Of a stretch of DNA of 64,000 bases, positions 1 through 12,344 are shown piece after piece. The position numbers and the translations under genes were made by a program. Location of the stretch: assembly GCA_023213395.1 (NCBI GenBank), contig CM041465.1, forward strand, positions 252,223,741-252,287,740, in the 5' to 3' direction. Source of the stretch: Cycas panzhihuaensis. Taxonomy: Eukaryota; Plantae; Cycadophyta. The notes under the pieces were generated by a model that searched no databases, was not told where the DNA came from, and saw only the letters and a list, made by a program, of their open reading frames with translations. Each line of letters opens with the position of its first letter. The first letter of the stretch is position 1.

Positions 1-239
1 CTTAGGCCACCCAGTAGGATTACATGTATAAGACCCATTTTGTCTATATAAATGGTCATAAATTGTAAATGATGTGGGTTATCTTGATAGAACTTGTTTT
101 ATAAAGATTGTGACATGGTTATTTCTATCTTTTTGTGATCATTTAGCACTCTCGTGTTCCTATGAAACTCTTGGTTAGCTTGTTTGCTCTGTTGGATAAG
201 AAGATGTTGTTGCGATTGTTAAATTCTCTACTATCTCAA

Positions 240-1450
240 AAGTATTGGCGAGAAGAAATGTCCCATCCTCATTAGGCAAGAATATCTATTTGACGAGGAA
301 CTCTGGAAACATCTTATTTCAAAGTAGTTTCACCCATTGACATCGTATCTTTTCTTACTTGGGTTGAAATTATCCTACTAGATCAAAAAGATAAACTAAA
401 TTTTAACTTGTAAGGCACAACTTTTTCGATGTGAACTCCAAATACTTCGAATCATACAACTCATCCTCAAGTATCCATAAAACAACTTAGTTTGTCCAAA
501 CGGGACATGGGGATATGGCTCATAAATTCTTGTTTTAGGTCAAATACAAACAAAGTGATCCCAATCGCAAATTCATCTTGGATGCTCTTGGGCAACCTAC
601 CTTCATACCAAAATCCTCTACAATTTTGATTTATAACCCTAAAGGCACTCATTGAAAAAATGTGGGATTAAAGGGGAGTTATTTATCTATTTTCTAGATT
701 TTTGAAGGCTAATTCACTTGTATTTTAGACACTACAAAGAGTCTACTATGGTATGAACTTGCATGAAGGAAACTTTGTGCACAATTTACAAAAGGTGAAA
801 ATGGACATAAATAGAAAAAGGGCTATTAGATATTTTCAAGTGTGAGATCGGGATGAAGGGTTCTCACTGTTGATCTTTGGCCACTATCACCATAAACTCA
901 TCTATAGATTTAGGTTGTTATCTTGTCCTCTATTTCAAGGAAGAGGGAAAGTACATGGATAGAACATGATACTAACAAGAATAGAAGTCCTTTTGTTTTA
1001 ACAATTTATCCTTTTTATGGTTTCTTCAAAGGAGGATTAGTAACATGCCCAACAAACACACGGTGATGATAGGCGTCTAATAAAAATCGCACCATTGAGG
1101 AGGAAACAACAAATGAGAAGACACATTTGAGACAAGAGTGAATGTGAGACTAAACAATCTTTACTTCAAAACCCTAACAACTTATGTCCTTTACTAGAAG
1201 CACACCATAAAAGTTATGCTCTCAATCAACATGCAGCATCTTCTTTCAATTAAACACAGAATAAATCATGTCTATAATGAAAGACATTAGACTTTTACCA
1301 TTTACTATTAATTCAACTTCCATGTTATAATGGATAGAGACAAAAACCAATCACTAATCAAGTTTCTCACCTCACAATTTATTCGTATGCAATTTGTTTC
1401 TGAAACCAAGTCCATTATTATCAATCATAAATGATGTGCTTGAAACAAGA
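240..1450 (-). repeat. Diverged inverted copy of the ~1.2 kb segment at 3775-5010 (unclassified repeat)
   Basis: Reverse complement of 4901-5010 aligns with about 258-366 (..CATCCTCATTAGG..ATCTTATTTCAAAGTAGTTTCACCC..). Reverse complement of 3775-3843 aligns with 1386-1447. The alignment is colinear in between; identity roughly 75-80% by eye. Confidence 0.85.
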
Positions 1451-4400
1451 CAACATCCATACAAGTTACTCAATCATAAACAATGTACTTGAAACATCAA
1501 AGAGCAACCATCTGATTTGTTGAAAGATAGGTGGATGATAGTAACAACTTCAAATGGAATGGTTTCCCAATCACCACTAGAGACACAATCAAATCCACAC
1601 TCCAAGTATTACAAGGCCAAAGGAATTCTATTCTCCTTTTATTATCATAACTAGGTGGAATTATCTTTGCATCTATACAGCACCAAGCTGGTGGTGAACA
1701 ATGGAATTGTGCTAATGTACAAGTAACCATTACATTAAAAAAAAAAAATTCTAAATCCTATTGGTGAAAAGAATACATATTTATGGGTGAGGTTTGTTAC
1801 TCAACCAATATGTGATCACAACAACCTTGAAATAAGACAAGATTACCACATCTTAATACAATTTGGAATATGAACAAAGGACAAACATCGATTGAGACTT
1901 TAGCCATTATTTCCATGTCATCTTTGGTGGGACCCCACCTCCTACCAAATTCATAATAACCTATAATTTATAAGCATTTTAAAATCAATTATCTTTGTGA
2001 AACCCTACTTTAAGTCTCAAACACATACTTCTATGTAGTTATTACTTTACCCCTATATCTGAATCTCAAGAGACCAATTATGTGAATCTAATTTTGTAAT
2101 CAATCGTCTCTATGGAGACTAGATTCACTTGTCCTTTTCTACAAGGATATCTGGTACCAATCACTTATGCATGATCAATACATGGAAGCTCATTATGCCA
2201 TAGCAACATATTGAGTTGAACCAGGCACTTAACACAAAATGTGGAGAGACCATAAGAGATTTGCTTGTTCCTTAAAACTTCAAAACATGAAAAAATTACT
2301 TGATCTATCATGAAGATAGAGGCTTATGGCACCCAATACCTATTGAAATGGTTTTACAAGTTGGCTAACAAAGAATTTCTTCACAGTCACTAGTAAGAAT
2401 GAGTTTGATAGTCCTAGTGGAAGCTTGTTATAATAACTAGTCCTCATCAGATCAAGTCCCCAACCATGGTAAAGTTTGAAATATGGATTCATTAATCCTT
2501 TCAATGACCTTTTTGCAACCACCAATCTTCAATAATAAAGTCATGATATGAATCAATTTCTCATTCACTTAAGCAAAGGGAAAATGCCTCTTATCAAAAA
2601 TGCTTTAAGCCATCATCATTTTAAAATGAAATTCATAAACTCAACAAGAATAAATTATTTGAAAACTACATAGTAGCAAAAGATATTGCGTTCTCTTTAC
2701 ACAAAGGAATCATAGTAAAAAATCATATTTTATCAATTCTCCAAATGTCATGTAGAAGTTGATTTTCCTTTGCCCTTAAGACTCAGTCTACATTGCATTC
2801 AACCCTCTGACAAGCTCAGTCTTTATCTTTGGATGACTCATTCCAAGGTCATCACCCACACATTTTCATTGTATATTGACAAGGATGGAGATTTGGATAA
2901 AGAGGAGGGATGAGAACCCCAATTTGCCAAGTATGAAATTTGGATTTTGCTATTTGCAAATGATCTGATATTATTGGCAAGACAAAACACATCCAATATA
3001 AGCATTTAAAAGCTTCAAAAGAACTATGGAAAATAGGTACAAAAGTATGCACAAATAAAAAGGGAAAAAACAAAACATAGTAGTAGCCTTATTACCAAAA
3101 TGAAGTTCTAGACAACTGATCATAGTGTCCACTATACAATGAAAAATGGGTAGAAAAGAAAAGAGCTTGAACCAACCATTACTACTTGAGTTTAAATTTC
3201 TAGAAAAAAATAAAATAGGAAAGCAATATTACTACTACAAACCAAATGTAAATGCCACATAAGTTGTGGGGATAGGAGGCTTGGGAGGCCTCACTCTACA
3301 CAATGGTAGATTCTAATGATACTCCATCGATGTAAAGTGTAGGACAATACTTAATAGTGCTAAAATGGAGAAGATTTGAGAAATTACAAAAGAGAGTAGC
3401 ATTAAATTTTTTAGAACCAAAACCAACCCCTCATATATAAAGTTACACTCATGAAAATGGGGTCCATAACTACAAGATATTACAAAAAAGACTTGTCATT
3501 ACTTTTCCGAGAATAAAAGTCACACTTCAAACAAAGTCTAGTACCATAAAACTTAAGAACACAAAATGCATAAATGAGAAGCATTTACAAATTTACCACA
3601 ATTAGAACAAACACAAAATATGGTTCTCTAGAAATAACCACTCTACCAATAAGGAAGCCCATCTCTACAAAAGAACCAAAATTTAAGAAAATTCCAAATG
3701 AAGTCTTGGTGAATGTTTATGAGACAACCACCACTACCATGCTTCTCTCAGAAATATTGTAAGGATGTTGTTTGGTGTTTCAAGTACATCATTTATGATT
3801 GAGAATCTTGCATGGGCTTGGTTTCTTGAAGCAAATTGCATGCAAAAATAAATTGTGAGACCGAACTTGATTGATGATTGTTTTTTGCCTCTATCCAAGA
3901 TAGCAAGGAAATTGAATTAATAATACTAAATGGTGAAAGATTTGTGTCTTTCATTGTAGATATGATTTGCTTTGTGTTTAATGGAAAGAAGATACTGCAT
4001 GCTTGTTGATTAGAGCATAACTTTTATGCTATGCTTCTAGTAGAGGACATAGTTTGTTAGCATTTTGAAATATAAATTGTTTAGTTCTAATTTCACTCCT
4101 ATTACTTCCATCTATCTCAAATGTGTCTTCCCATTTGTTGTTTCCTCACAATGGTGCAAATTGTCATCAAACACCCGTTGTCATTGGTGTGTATGGTAGG
4201 TGTGTTACGAATCCTCTTTTTGAAGAAACCATAAACAAGAATAAAAGGTTAAAACAAAAAAGACTTCTATTCTTGTTAGCATCATAGTCCGTCTACGGAC
4301 TTTCCATTTGCCTTCAAATGGAGGATAGGATAACAAATCCTTTTTTTTTCTTAAAGGCAAATGAGGTTTTGGTGATAGTGGCCAAAAGCTTAATAGTGAG

Positions 4401-5304
4401 AAGCCTTCATCCCAATCTCACACATGCAAATCTTTGATAGCCCTTTTTCCATTTGAGTCTTTATTTTTACTTTTTGTAAAGTGTTCACAAAGTTGGCCCT
4501 ACTCAAGCTCAGACCATAGTAGACTCTTTGTAGCATGTAAAATGTGAGTGAATTAGCCTTTAGAAATCTAAAAAATAGCTGAATAACTCCCCTCTAATCC
4601 TACATATTTTTAGTGAGTGCCTTAGGGTTACAAAGTTGTAGAATGTAGAGTATTTTGGTATGAAGTTAAATTGTCCTAAAGCATCCAAGACAAATTTGTA
4701 GATTGGGATCAATGTTTGTATTTGATCTGAAGTAAGAATTATGATCCACATCCTTATTTCTTGATTTAGACACTTGCTATGTTTTAGTAAGGATCTAGCG
4801 AAGGGTAGTATGATTCCAAAAGTATTTTGAAGCACACAATGAACAAATTGTGCCTTGTAAGTTAAATTTTAGTTTGTCTTTGATGCGATGAGGATAAGTT
4901 CAACACAAGTAGGAAAAGATCTAGTATCAAGGGGTGAAACTACTTTGAAATAAGATGTTTCATAGAGTTTCTCATCAAATAGATAGATTTTCCTAATGAG
5001 GATGCACATAGGTTGGTTAAATATCTTCAACACAAACACTTGGTGGTGTTCTCTAACTTTTAAGTATAAATTTGTCAATGGAATCATTATGAGCCCTTCC
5101 ATTTTATTCTTTAATCTAGACTAGTTTTAGTTTAAAGAGCCCATGCTTATTAATTGAGGGCACCAGATCTTGACTCTGAATTAAACATGTGTTGTTGTTC
5201 TTTTTCTTTTAAGGATAAATTGGTCAATAGGATTTGTTATGAGCCATTCCATCCTACATCCTATTCTTTTAATCTATATAGATAGACGGGTTTTCAATTT
5301 AAAG

Positions 5305-6030
5305 TTTTCATGGCTATTAAACAACAATATCGAATCTTCATTGGATGTAATCGTAGATCAATCAACTTCTTCTTGGAGTTCGGAATGGCCAAATTATCAC
5401 ATAGACTTGAGGTTTCCTTTCTATATACCAAGGCAACATTTGAGTCCACAAAACATTCATTATATTTCCTATGGTTTGATTGTCAAGTTGTGAGAAAATC
5501 ATTCCAATTGTGATCTTGTTTGAAGCTCATTCATTTGTCTTACCTAGTTCTCTAGTGGACTTGTATGTATAGAAGATACTATGATGCCTTTTAGAATGGT
5601 ACTTTGAAGAAGTTGCTTAAAGAATAGTATGGATAGATTATGTGATATCAAATGTGTTATGTAACCTTTAGTGAGCATGCAGGCGATTGCGATTAATGGA
5701 TAGTTTCCATGGCCCATTATCAATTTGACCACTAATTGGAATGTAGTTGTGAACATCAAGAACAATTTAGATGAACCATTTATGATCGCATGGTATGAAG
5801 TTCAACAACTTACCAGAAATAAGGTTGTACATTTATTGCATTATTTATAAGACTAATGCATTTATATGGGAAGAAAATCCTATAGTAATTTTGGGTAATT
5901 ACTTGTTTTAATGTGGTGCATTATAATCTCTTTTGATGTACGACATTGATGATGCAATAGGGATGGTTTGCAACATTGCTAGAACTCTTGGTAAGATCAT
6001 GTCTATGGGATTAGTTCTCTCGTTCTTATT
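5305..6030 (+). pseudogene. SKU5-like: Partial duplicate of the SKU5/SKS pseudogene (possible exon 1 remnant, exon 2, start of exon 3)
   Basis: AG/GT-bounded 110-bp exon 5683-5792 encodes AIAING*FPWPIINLTTNWNVVVNIKNNLDEPFMIAW. The next exon starts at 5961 (DGLQHC*NSW*DHVYG) and is cut by the deletion at about 6030. Confidence 0.85.
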
Positions 6031-6589
6031 TTGAATGTTGCAGTGAAGGGACTATTTTAAATGTTCTAGATATTGAAGTGAAGGCACTATGCTACATTCT
6101 TGCACTATTGTAGATATTGCAACTATTGTAGATGTTGTTGCCTTCAACAAAAAGTAAACATATTGTTTGATGTTGCAATTTTGTAAATGTTTTAATTATG
6201 AAGGTAATATTGTTATAGAGGCACCAATTCAAATGCTATAAATAACACAACATTGTAAATGTTGTAATATTACAACAAAGCTATAATGTTGCAAGAAATG
6301 CAAATGTTATGAATGTCGAGGATGATTCTAGATGCCAAAATATTACAATGTCAAGATAATAAAATTGTTGTAGAATGTGCCTTCAAGATAATGTGAAGGT
6401 AAGACATGCAATACTATTGTCATCAGAAAATATGAAGGAGCGTGAAATCTTAGAAGAGAAAATAAGAGAAATATAAGAGTAAACTCTCCTTAAACACCCT
6501 CCTTCTCCTCGTTATGATCATATTATAATAGTGAAACTGAGGAAAGATGAAAGAAGTTGTGAAAGATAAAAGGTAAAAGTTGCTTTAAA

Positions 6590-7407
6590 AGACAACCTAT
6601 AACTCATTGGAAGGTTACCCTAGTGTTCTTGAGACTAAATCATATGACCTTATAAGTAAATGTTTCCCACAAGGCTATGAAAGAGCTCTTGTGGTGATAT
6701 TCAGTTGTGATAAGAATCAAGTTGTACTTTGAAAACCCATCCATAAGGGACAAGACCTCAAAACTGATAGTTTGATCGATGACCTAGTCAATGGAAGGAA
6801 ATGGGAGGTTGCCTTTGTAAAAATCAATGCAGATGCATATCATTCTATTCTTTATGAGGATGGGGATGATATTAGCTACCCATTATGGATCATCAATTAG
6901 AGTGACAAAATTCACATTTAATTGTTTCATAACCCGTACTTTAAGACTATCCACAACTTGGCTATAATAGGTCACTACTTTTGTCGCATTGCCCTAACAT
7001 CTTTCTTGGAGACAATGTTATTCATGATAATATCATGGTTGATTCTTTTCATGTCAAACTAGTGCCATGCAAACATGTCAAAAAGTTTTTTTAAGAGATT
7101 AGTGTAAGCATTGATCTCTTTAGGAGTGGTTTCAACGCCATTTTTGGTAATCATAGTATTTGACATTAGATCTAATATTATACTTGTGGTTTCTCCCACG
7201 AGCATAGGGTTCTCTTCCTCAAAGTGTTTGAGAGATGAAGGAAGTGCTTGTTCCATAGACATAATTGTTGCATCACATTGTAGTGTCTAAATACCTCCTC
7301 TAGGATTGAGAACCTTTTCAAATCCTAGTTTATGGTGGCTAGGAGGAAGGTTGAACTTGCCAACCATGTGCTCATGTGTGGCCTCGTCATTTTTAAAATA
7401 ATCCATT
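6590..7407 (-). mobile_element. Duplicated Ty3/gypsy (Ogre/Tat-like) pre-RT/RT N-terminal fragment
   Basis: Minus-strand FDMFAWH and VLSLMDGFSKYN motifs; duplicate of 12345-13157. Confidence 0.8.
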
Positions 7408-8744
7408 GCTCTGTTTAATGGAAAGAAGATACCGCATGCTTGTTGATTGGAAGCATAACTTTTATGCTATGCTTCTAGTAGAGGACATAGTTTGTTAGCA
7501 TTTTGAAATATAAATTGTTTAGTTCTAACTTCACTCCTATTACTTCCATCTATCTCAAATGTGTCTTCCCATTTGTTGTTTCCTCACAATGGTGCAAATT
7601 GTCGTCAAACACCCCTTGTCATTGGTGTGTATGGTAGGCGTGTTACGAATCCTCTTTTTGAAGAAACCATAAACAAGAATAAAGGTTAAAACAAAAAGAC
7701 TTCTATTCTTGTTAGCATCATAGTCCATCGCACTTTCCATTTGCCTTCAAATGGAGGATAGGATAACAAATCCTTTTTTTTTCTTAAAGGCAAATGAGGT
7801 TTTGGTGATAGTGGCCAAAAGCTTAATAGTGAGAAGCCTTCATCCCAATCTCACATATGCAAATCTTTGATAGCCCTTTTCCCATTTGAGTCTTTATTTT
7901 TACTTTTTGTAAAGTGTTCACAAAGTTGGCCCTCACTCAAGCTCAGACAATAGTAGACTCTTTGTAGCATGTAAAATGTGAGTGAATTAGATTTTAGAAA
8001 TCTAAAAAATAGCTGAATAACTCCCCTCTAATCCTACATATTTTTAGTGAGTGCCTTAGGGTTACAAAGTTGTAGAATGTAGAGTATTTTGGTATGAAGT
8101 TAAATTGTCCTAAAGCATCCAAGACAAATTTGTAGATTGGGATCAATGCTTGTATTTGATCTGAAGTAAGAATTGTGAGCCACATCCTTATTTCTTGATT
8201 TGGACACTTGCTAAGTTTTAGTAAGGATCCCCGATGAAGGGTAGTATGATTCCAAAAGTAATTTGAAGCACACAATGAACAAATTGTGCCTTGTAAGTTA
8301 AATTTTAGTTTGTCTTTTGATGCAGTAGGATAAGTTCAACCCAAGTAGGAAAAGATCCGGTATCAAGGGGTGAAACTACTTTGAAATAAGATGTTTCATA
8401 GAGTTTCTCATCAAATAGATAGATTTTCCTAATGAGGATGCACATAGGTTGGTTAAATATCTTCAACGCAAACACTTGGTGGTGTTCTCTAACTTTTAAG
8501 TATAAATTTGTCAATGGAATGCATGAGCCCTTCCATTTTATTCTTTAATCTAGACTAGTTTTTAGTTTAAAGAGCCCATGCTTATTAATTGAGGGCACCA
8601 GATCTTGACTCTGAATTAAACATGTGTTGTTGTTCTTTTTCTTTTAAGGATAAATTGGTCAATAGGATTTGTTATGAGCCATTCCATCCTACATCCTATT
8701 CTTTTAATCTATATAGATAGACGGGTTTTCAATTTAAAGTTTTC

Positions 8745-10710
8745 ATGGCTATTAAACAACAATATTGAATCTTCATTGGGTGTAATCGTAGATCAATCAA
8801 CTTCTTCTTGGAGTTGAATGGCCAAATTATCACATAGACTTGAGGTTTCCTTTCTATATACCAAGGCAACATTTTGAGTCCACAAAACATTCGTTATATT
8901 TCCTATGGTTTGATTGTGCAAGTTGTGAGCAAATCATTCCAATTGTGATCTTGTTTGAAGCTCATTCATTTGTCTTACCTAGTTCTCTAGTGGACTTGTA
9001 TGTATAGAAGATACTATGATGCCTTTTAGAATGGTACTTTGAAGAATTTGCTTAAAGAATAGCATGGATAGATTATGTGATATCAAATGTGTTATGTAAC
9101 CTTTAGTGAACATGCAGGCGATTATGATTAATGGATAGTTTCCATGGCCCATTATCAATTTGACCACTAATTGGAATGTAGTTGTGAACATCAGGAACAA
9201 TTTAGATGAACCATTTATGATCGTATGGTATGAAGTTCAACAACTTACCATAAATAAGGATGTACATTTGTTGCATTATTTATAAGACTAATGCATTTAT
9301 ATGGGAAGAAAATCCTATAGTAATTTTGGGAAATTGCTTGTCTTAATGTGGTGCATTATAATCTCTTTTTTGATGGCATGACATTGATGATGCAATAGGG
9401 ATGGTTTGCAACATTGCTAGAACTCTTGGCAAGATCGTGTCTATGGGACTAGTTCTCTGGATTCTTATTAGAGGGAATTAGACCTATCAATTTCAAGCTA
9501 AAAATTAGATTGATAGTTTTGTTTACTTCCCCTCACTCTAATTTCAAAGAGAAGCTAGAATGTTTGGAGGAATCATTATGAACAATCACCTGATGATTTT
9601 TGTTCCCTTTGGAACTCTAGATGGAGACTTTATCATCTTTATTGGTGACTAGTATATCAGGAGTCATAGGTTGAATACAATCCCTCTATGTAAGTGGGAA
9701 CTTGAATCTAGTTTTTATGTATGGCCATTTTGTTTTACAAAATTCATTGGGTAGAAAGCATTAATTGATTGATTTGCTTTCTTATGAGGCAATATCTAAG
9801 GAAAACATTTGTTGATGGGAAGGACCTTGGAATGCTTGATGAAGTGCTCATTAATGGGAAGGGTCCTACCATTATAATGCTTCGATCCTTGTTGGTATCG
9901 AGTATAGAAATTGAATGTTAAGCTTGTTAGGTTTATGCTCTAGTCAACTCCTTTGATAACATCTAAGATTGGCCAAAGTGGTACAAACAGATTGAGGATA
10001 TTTGAATGAATAGCGTAGAAAAACCTATCGCTTAAGGGTACACAATGTCGGTAGTGCCACATGTTTGAACTTAAGAATCTAAAATCACAACATGCTTCTT
10101 ATGGAGACAGGGCCATTCCTACATAGTGCAACAAAATTACCAAAATTTAGATATACGTATGGGTTAGTCTTATTCATTCTAGGTTCAAATGAGACCATAA
10201 TGCAAGCACTAATTATTATATTGTTGCAAGCACACAATTTGTTAATACGACTATCTAGACCAATGTCACTAGTGCTACCACTCTACATTACTCCAACTCA
10301 AAGGTCTGCATTAGGGCCTCTTCCATATGCCCCAATGATTATTATGACAAGTACCTCTCATTTGAACTTGCCAAGATCCATAAGGTGATTTTTCACTAGC
10401 TGCATTGAATATTTGATGCTCCTTTTTGTTATTCTTTTATTTCTTACAATATAATCAACCACTTAGTTTTGCTTGCATCTTTTATACATAACTAGTGGAA
10501 TCGTCTTCAAGAGGTACTCGACCTAATCCATGGGGTTTTTTCAAATATGGGCAAATAAATATCACTCAGGTGTATGTGTTGTAGAATAAACCATTTGAAA
10601 TAATTAAAGAGAAGCGACATTGCACTTTGAATGTCATCTCTTTTAATGCTCTGTCAACTAGCTCAAACTTAAAGATTGTTTTAATTTAACTGGAGTCTTC
10701 AAACTTTATT
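8745..10710 (+). pseudogene. SKU5-like: Unprocessed SKU5/SKS (monocopper oxidase-like, multicopper oxidase family) pseudogene, 3'-truncated
   Basis: Exons: 9118-9227 (ING*FPWPIINLTTNWNVVVNIRNNLDEP); 9399-9669 (NSWQDRVYGT..TYQFQAKN*IDSFVYFPSL..VPFGTLDGDFIIFIGD*YIRSH); about 9793-9926 (LRKTFVDGKDLGMLDEVLINGKGP); 10019-10384 (KTYRLRVHNVG..NHNMLLMET..SYIVQQNY..NASTNYYIVAS..LHYSNSK..RSI); about 10496-10710 (RPNPWGFFKYGQINITQVYVL). All match the Arabidopsis SKU5 protein as I recall it. Many stops and frameshifts. Exon 1 (about 8745-8820) is only weakly recognisable. Confidence 0.93.
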
Positions 10711-10719
10711 TTTTGGTAG

Positions 10720-11400
10720 ATCTATGGAGGACATCTTGCGATAAAGAGGATAGTACAAAGATCATGACAGTGGGATCCTTTTGGCCTTCCTTACACAAGA
10801 ATGAAAAGCATTATGTTGCTTGTTATGATGCCTACAACTAATGGAGAGACCATCCAAAGGATTTTCCATGCCTATGCACATTTCTTTTTAATTTAGCCCT
10901 TTGAAAAGTGGGGCATTGATTTCGTAGGGCCAATGCATCCAACATCAAGCAAGGGATACCAACACATACTAGTTTGCTCAAACTTTGTGAAGAAATGAGA
11001 ACTTGAAAGGATGCCACTGAGATCATCCAAGTGCACAAGTGTGATTGGGGAAAAAGATTGCCAAAAGCTATATGGGCATATTATATTACTTGGAAGACAG
11101 CTACAGGAATTAGTCCCTTAGAATTGATATATGGAAAACACGTTTGTCATGCCAATGGAATTAGAGATGAAAACACTTGGGACATCTAATCAATCAGACA
11201 TGTTACTACCCGAGGCCTAAAAGCAAGGTTAATGGACATTTATGAATAAGAAGAGATTCAAGAGCAAGCTTTATAAAGAACTCGGATCGAGACAACATTA
11301 GAAAGCAATGGCATGAACATTACATCTAACAAAAAGTTTTAAAGCTGAGCAACAGCGCTTGTGAATTGATATAGGTTGAAGTTGCCAAGAAGCCAATGAG
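10720..11400 (+). mobile_element. Degenerate Ty3/gypsy integrase fragment
   Basis: FWPSLHK, EKWGIDFVGPM and W..RLPKAIWAYITTWKTATGISPLELIYGK motifs; part of the catalytic core between them is missing. Confidence 0.85.
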
Positions 11401-11589
11401 TTGAGACAATTTTATAAAGATAGTGCAAAAACAATCTAGACTCTAAATAATATAAGATCATTATCTAGATTTGATTTTGTGCTTAGTTAGTCATCTAACT
11501 AAGCATTTAGCTCTTTTTATTCATGCATTTAGGAGTTGTTTAGCTGTTATAGTCTCACCTAAAAGTTCATGCTTTAATGTGGGGAAGTT

Positions 11590-12140
11590 CTTGTAGATAT
11601 CACTGCCTTGAACAACAAGTGAAGGTATTGTTACTCTATTGTAGATGTTGCACTATTGCAGATGTTGTAGATGTTGCAATCTTCAATAAAAAATGAAGGG
11701 ATTATGGAAAATGTCATATCATTGTAGTTATTGCAGATGTTGCAACTATTGCAATCATTGTTGCCTTGAACAAAAACTGAAGGCACTATTTTGAATGTTG
11801 CAGTGAAGGCACTATTTTGAATATTCTAGATATTGAAGTGAAGGCACTATGCTACATTCTTACACTATTGTAGATATTGCAACTATTGTAGATGTTGTTG
11901 CCTTCAACAAAAAGTAAACATATTGTTTGATGTTGCAATTTTGTAAATGTTTTAATTATCAAGGCAATATTGTTATAGAGGCACCAATTCAAATGCTATA
12001 AATAACACAACATTGTAAATGTTGTAATATTGCAACAAAGCTATAATGTTGCAAGAAATGCAAATGTTATGAATGGCGAGGATGATTCTAGATGCCAAAA
12101 ATATTACAATGTCAAGATAATAAAATTGTTGTAGAGCGTG
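11590..12140. repeat. Degenerate minisatellite-like tract (ACTATTGTAGATGTTG / TGAAGGCACTATT motifs); duplicated at 6027-6380
   Basis: Many imperfect copies of the short motifs are visible directly. Confidence 0.7.
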
Positions 12141-12344
12141 CCTTCAAGATAATGTGAAGGTAAGACATACAATCTTGTTGTCATCGGAAAATATGAAGGA
12201 GCGTGAAATCTTAGAAGAAAATAAGAGAAATATAAGAGCAAACTCTCCTTAAACACCCTCCTTCTCCTCGTTATGATCATATTATAATAGTGACGAGGAA
12301 AGATGAAAGAAGTTGTGAAAGATAAAAGGTAAAAGTTGCTTTAA

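Larger units (their letters stand above)
3975..7407 (+). repeat. Tandem segmental duplication, copy A (internally deleted relative to copy B)
   Basis: 3975-6030 matches 7413-9469, and 6027-7407 matches 11787-13157, at very high identity. Confidence 0.95.

Noticed and set aside
1540-1640. KWNG..KSTLQV as the SKU5 C-terminal domain
   Set aside because: Spacing and flanking residues do not fit, and it lies upstream of the N-terminal exons; likely chance.
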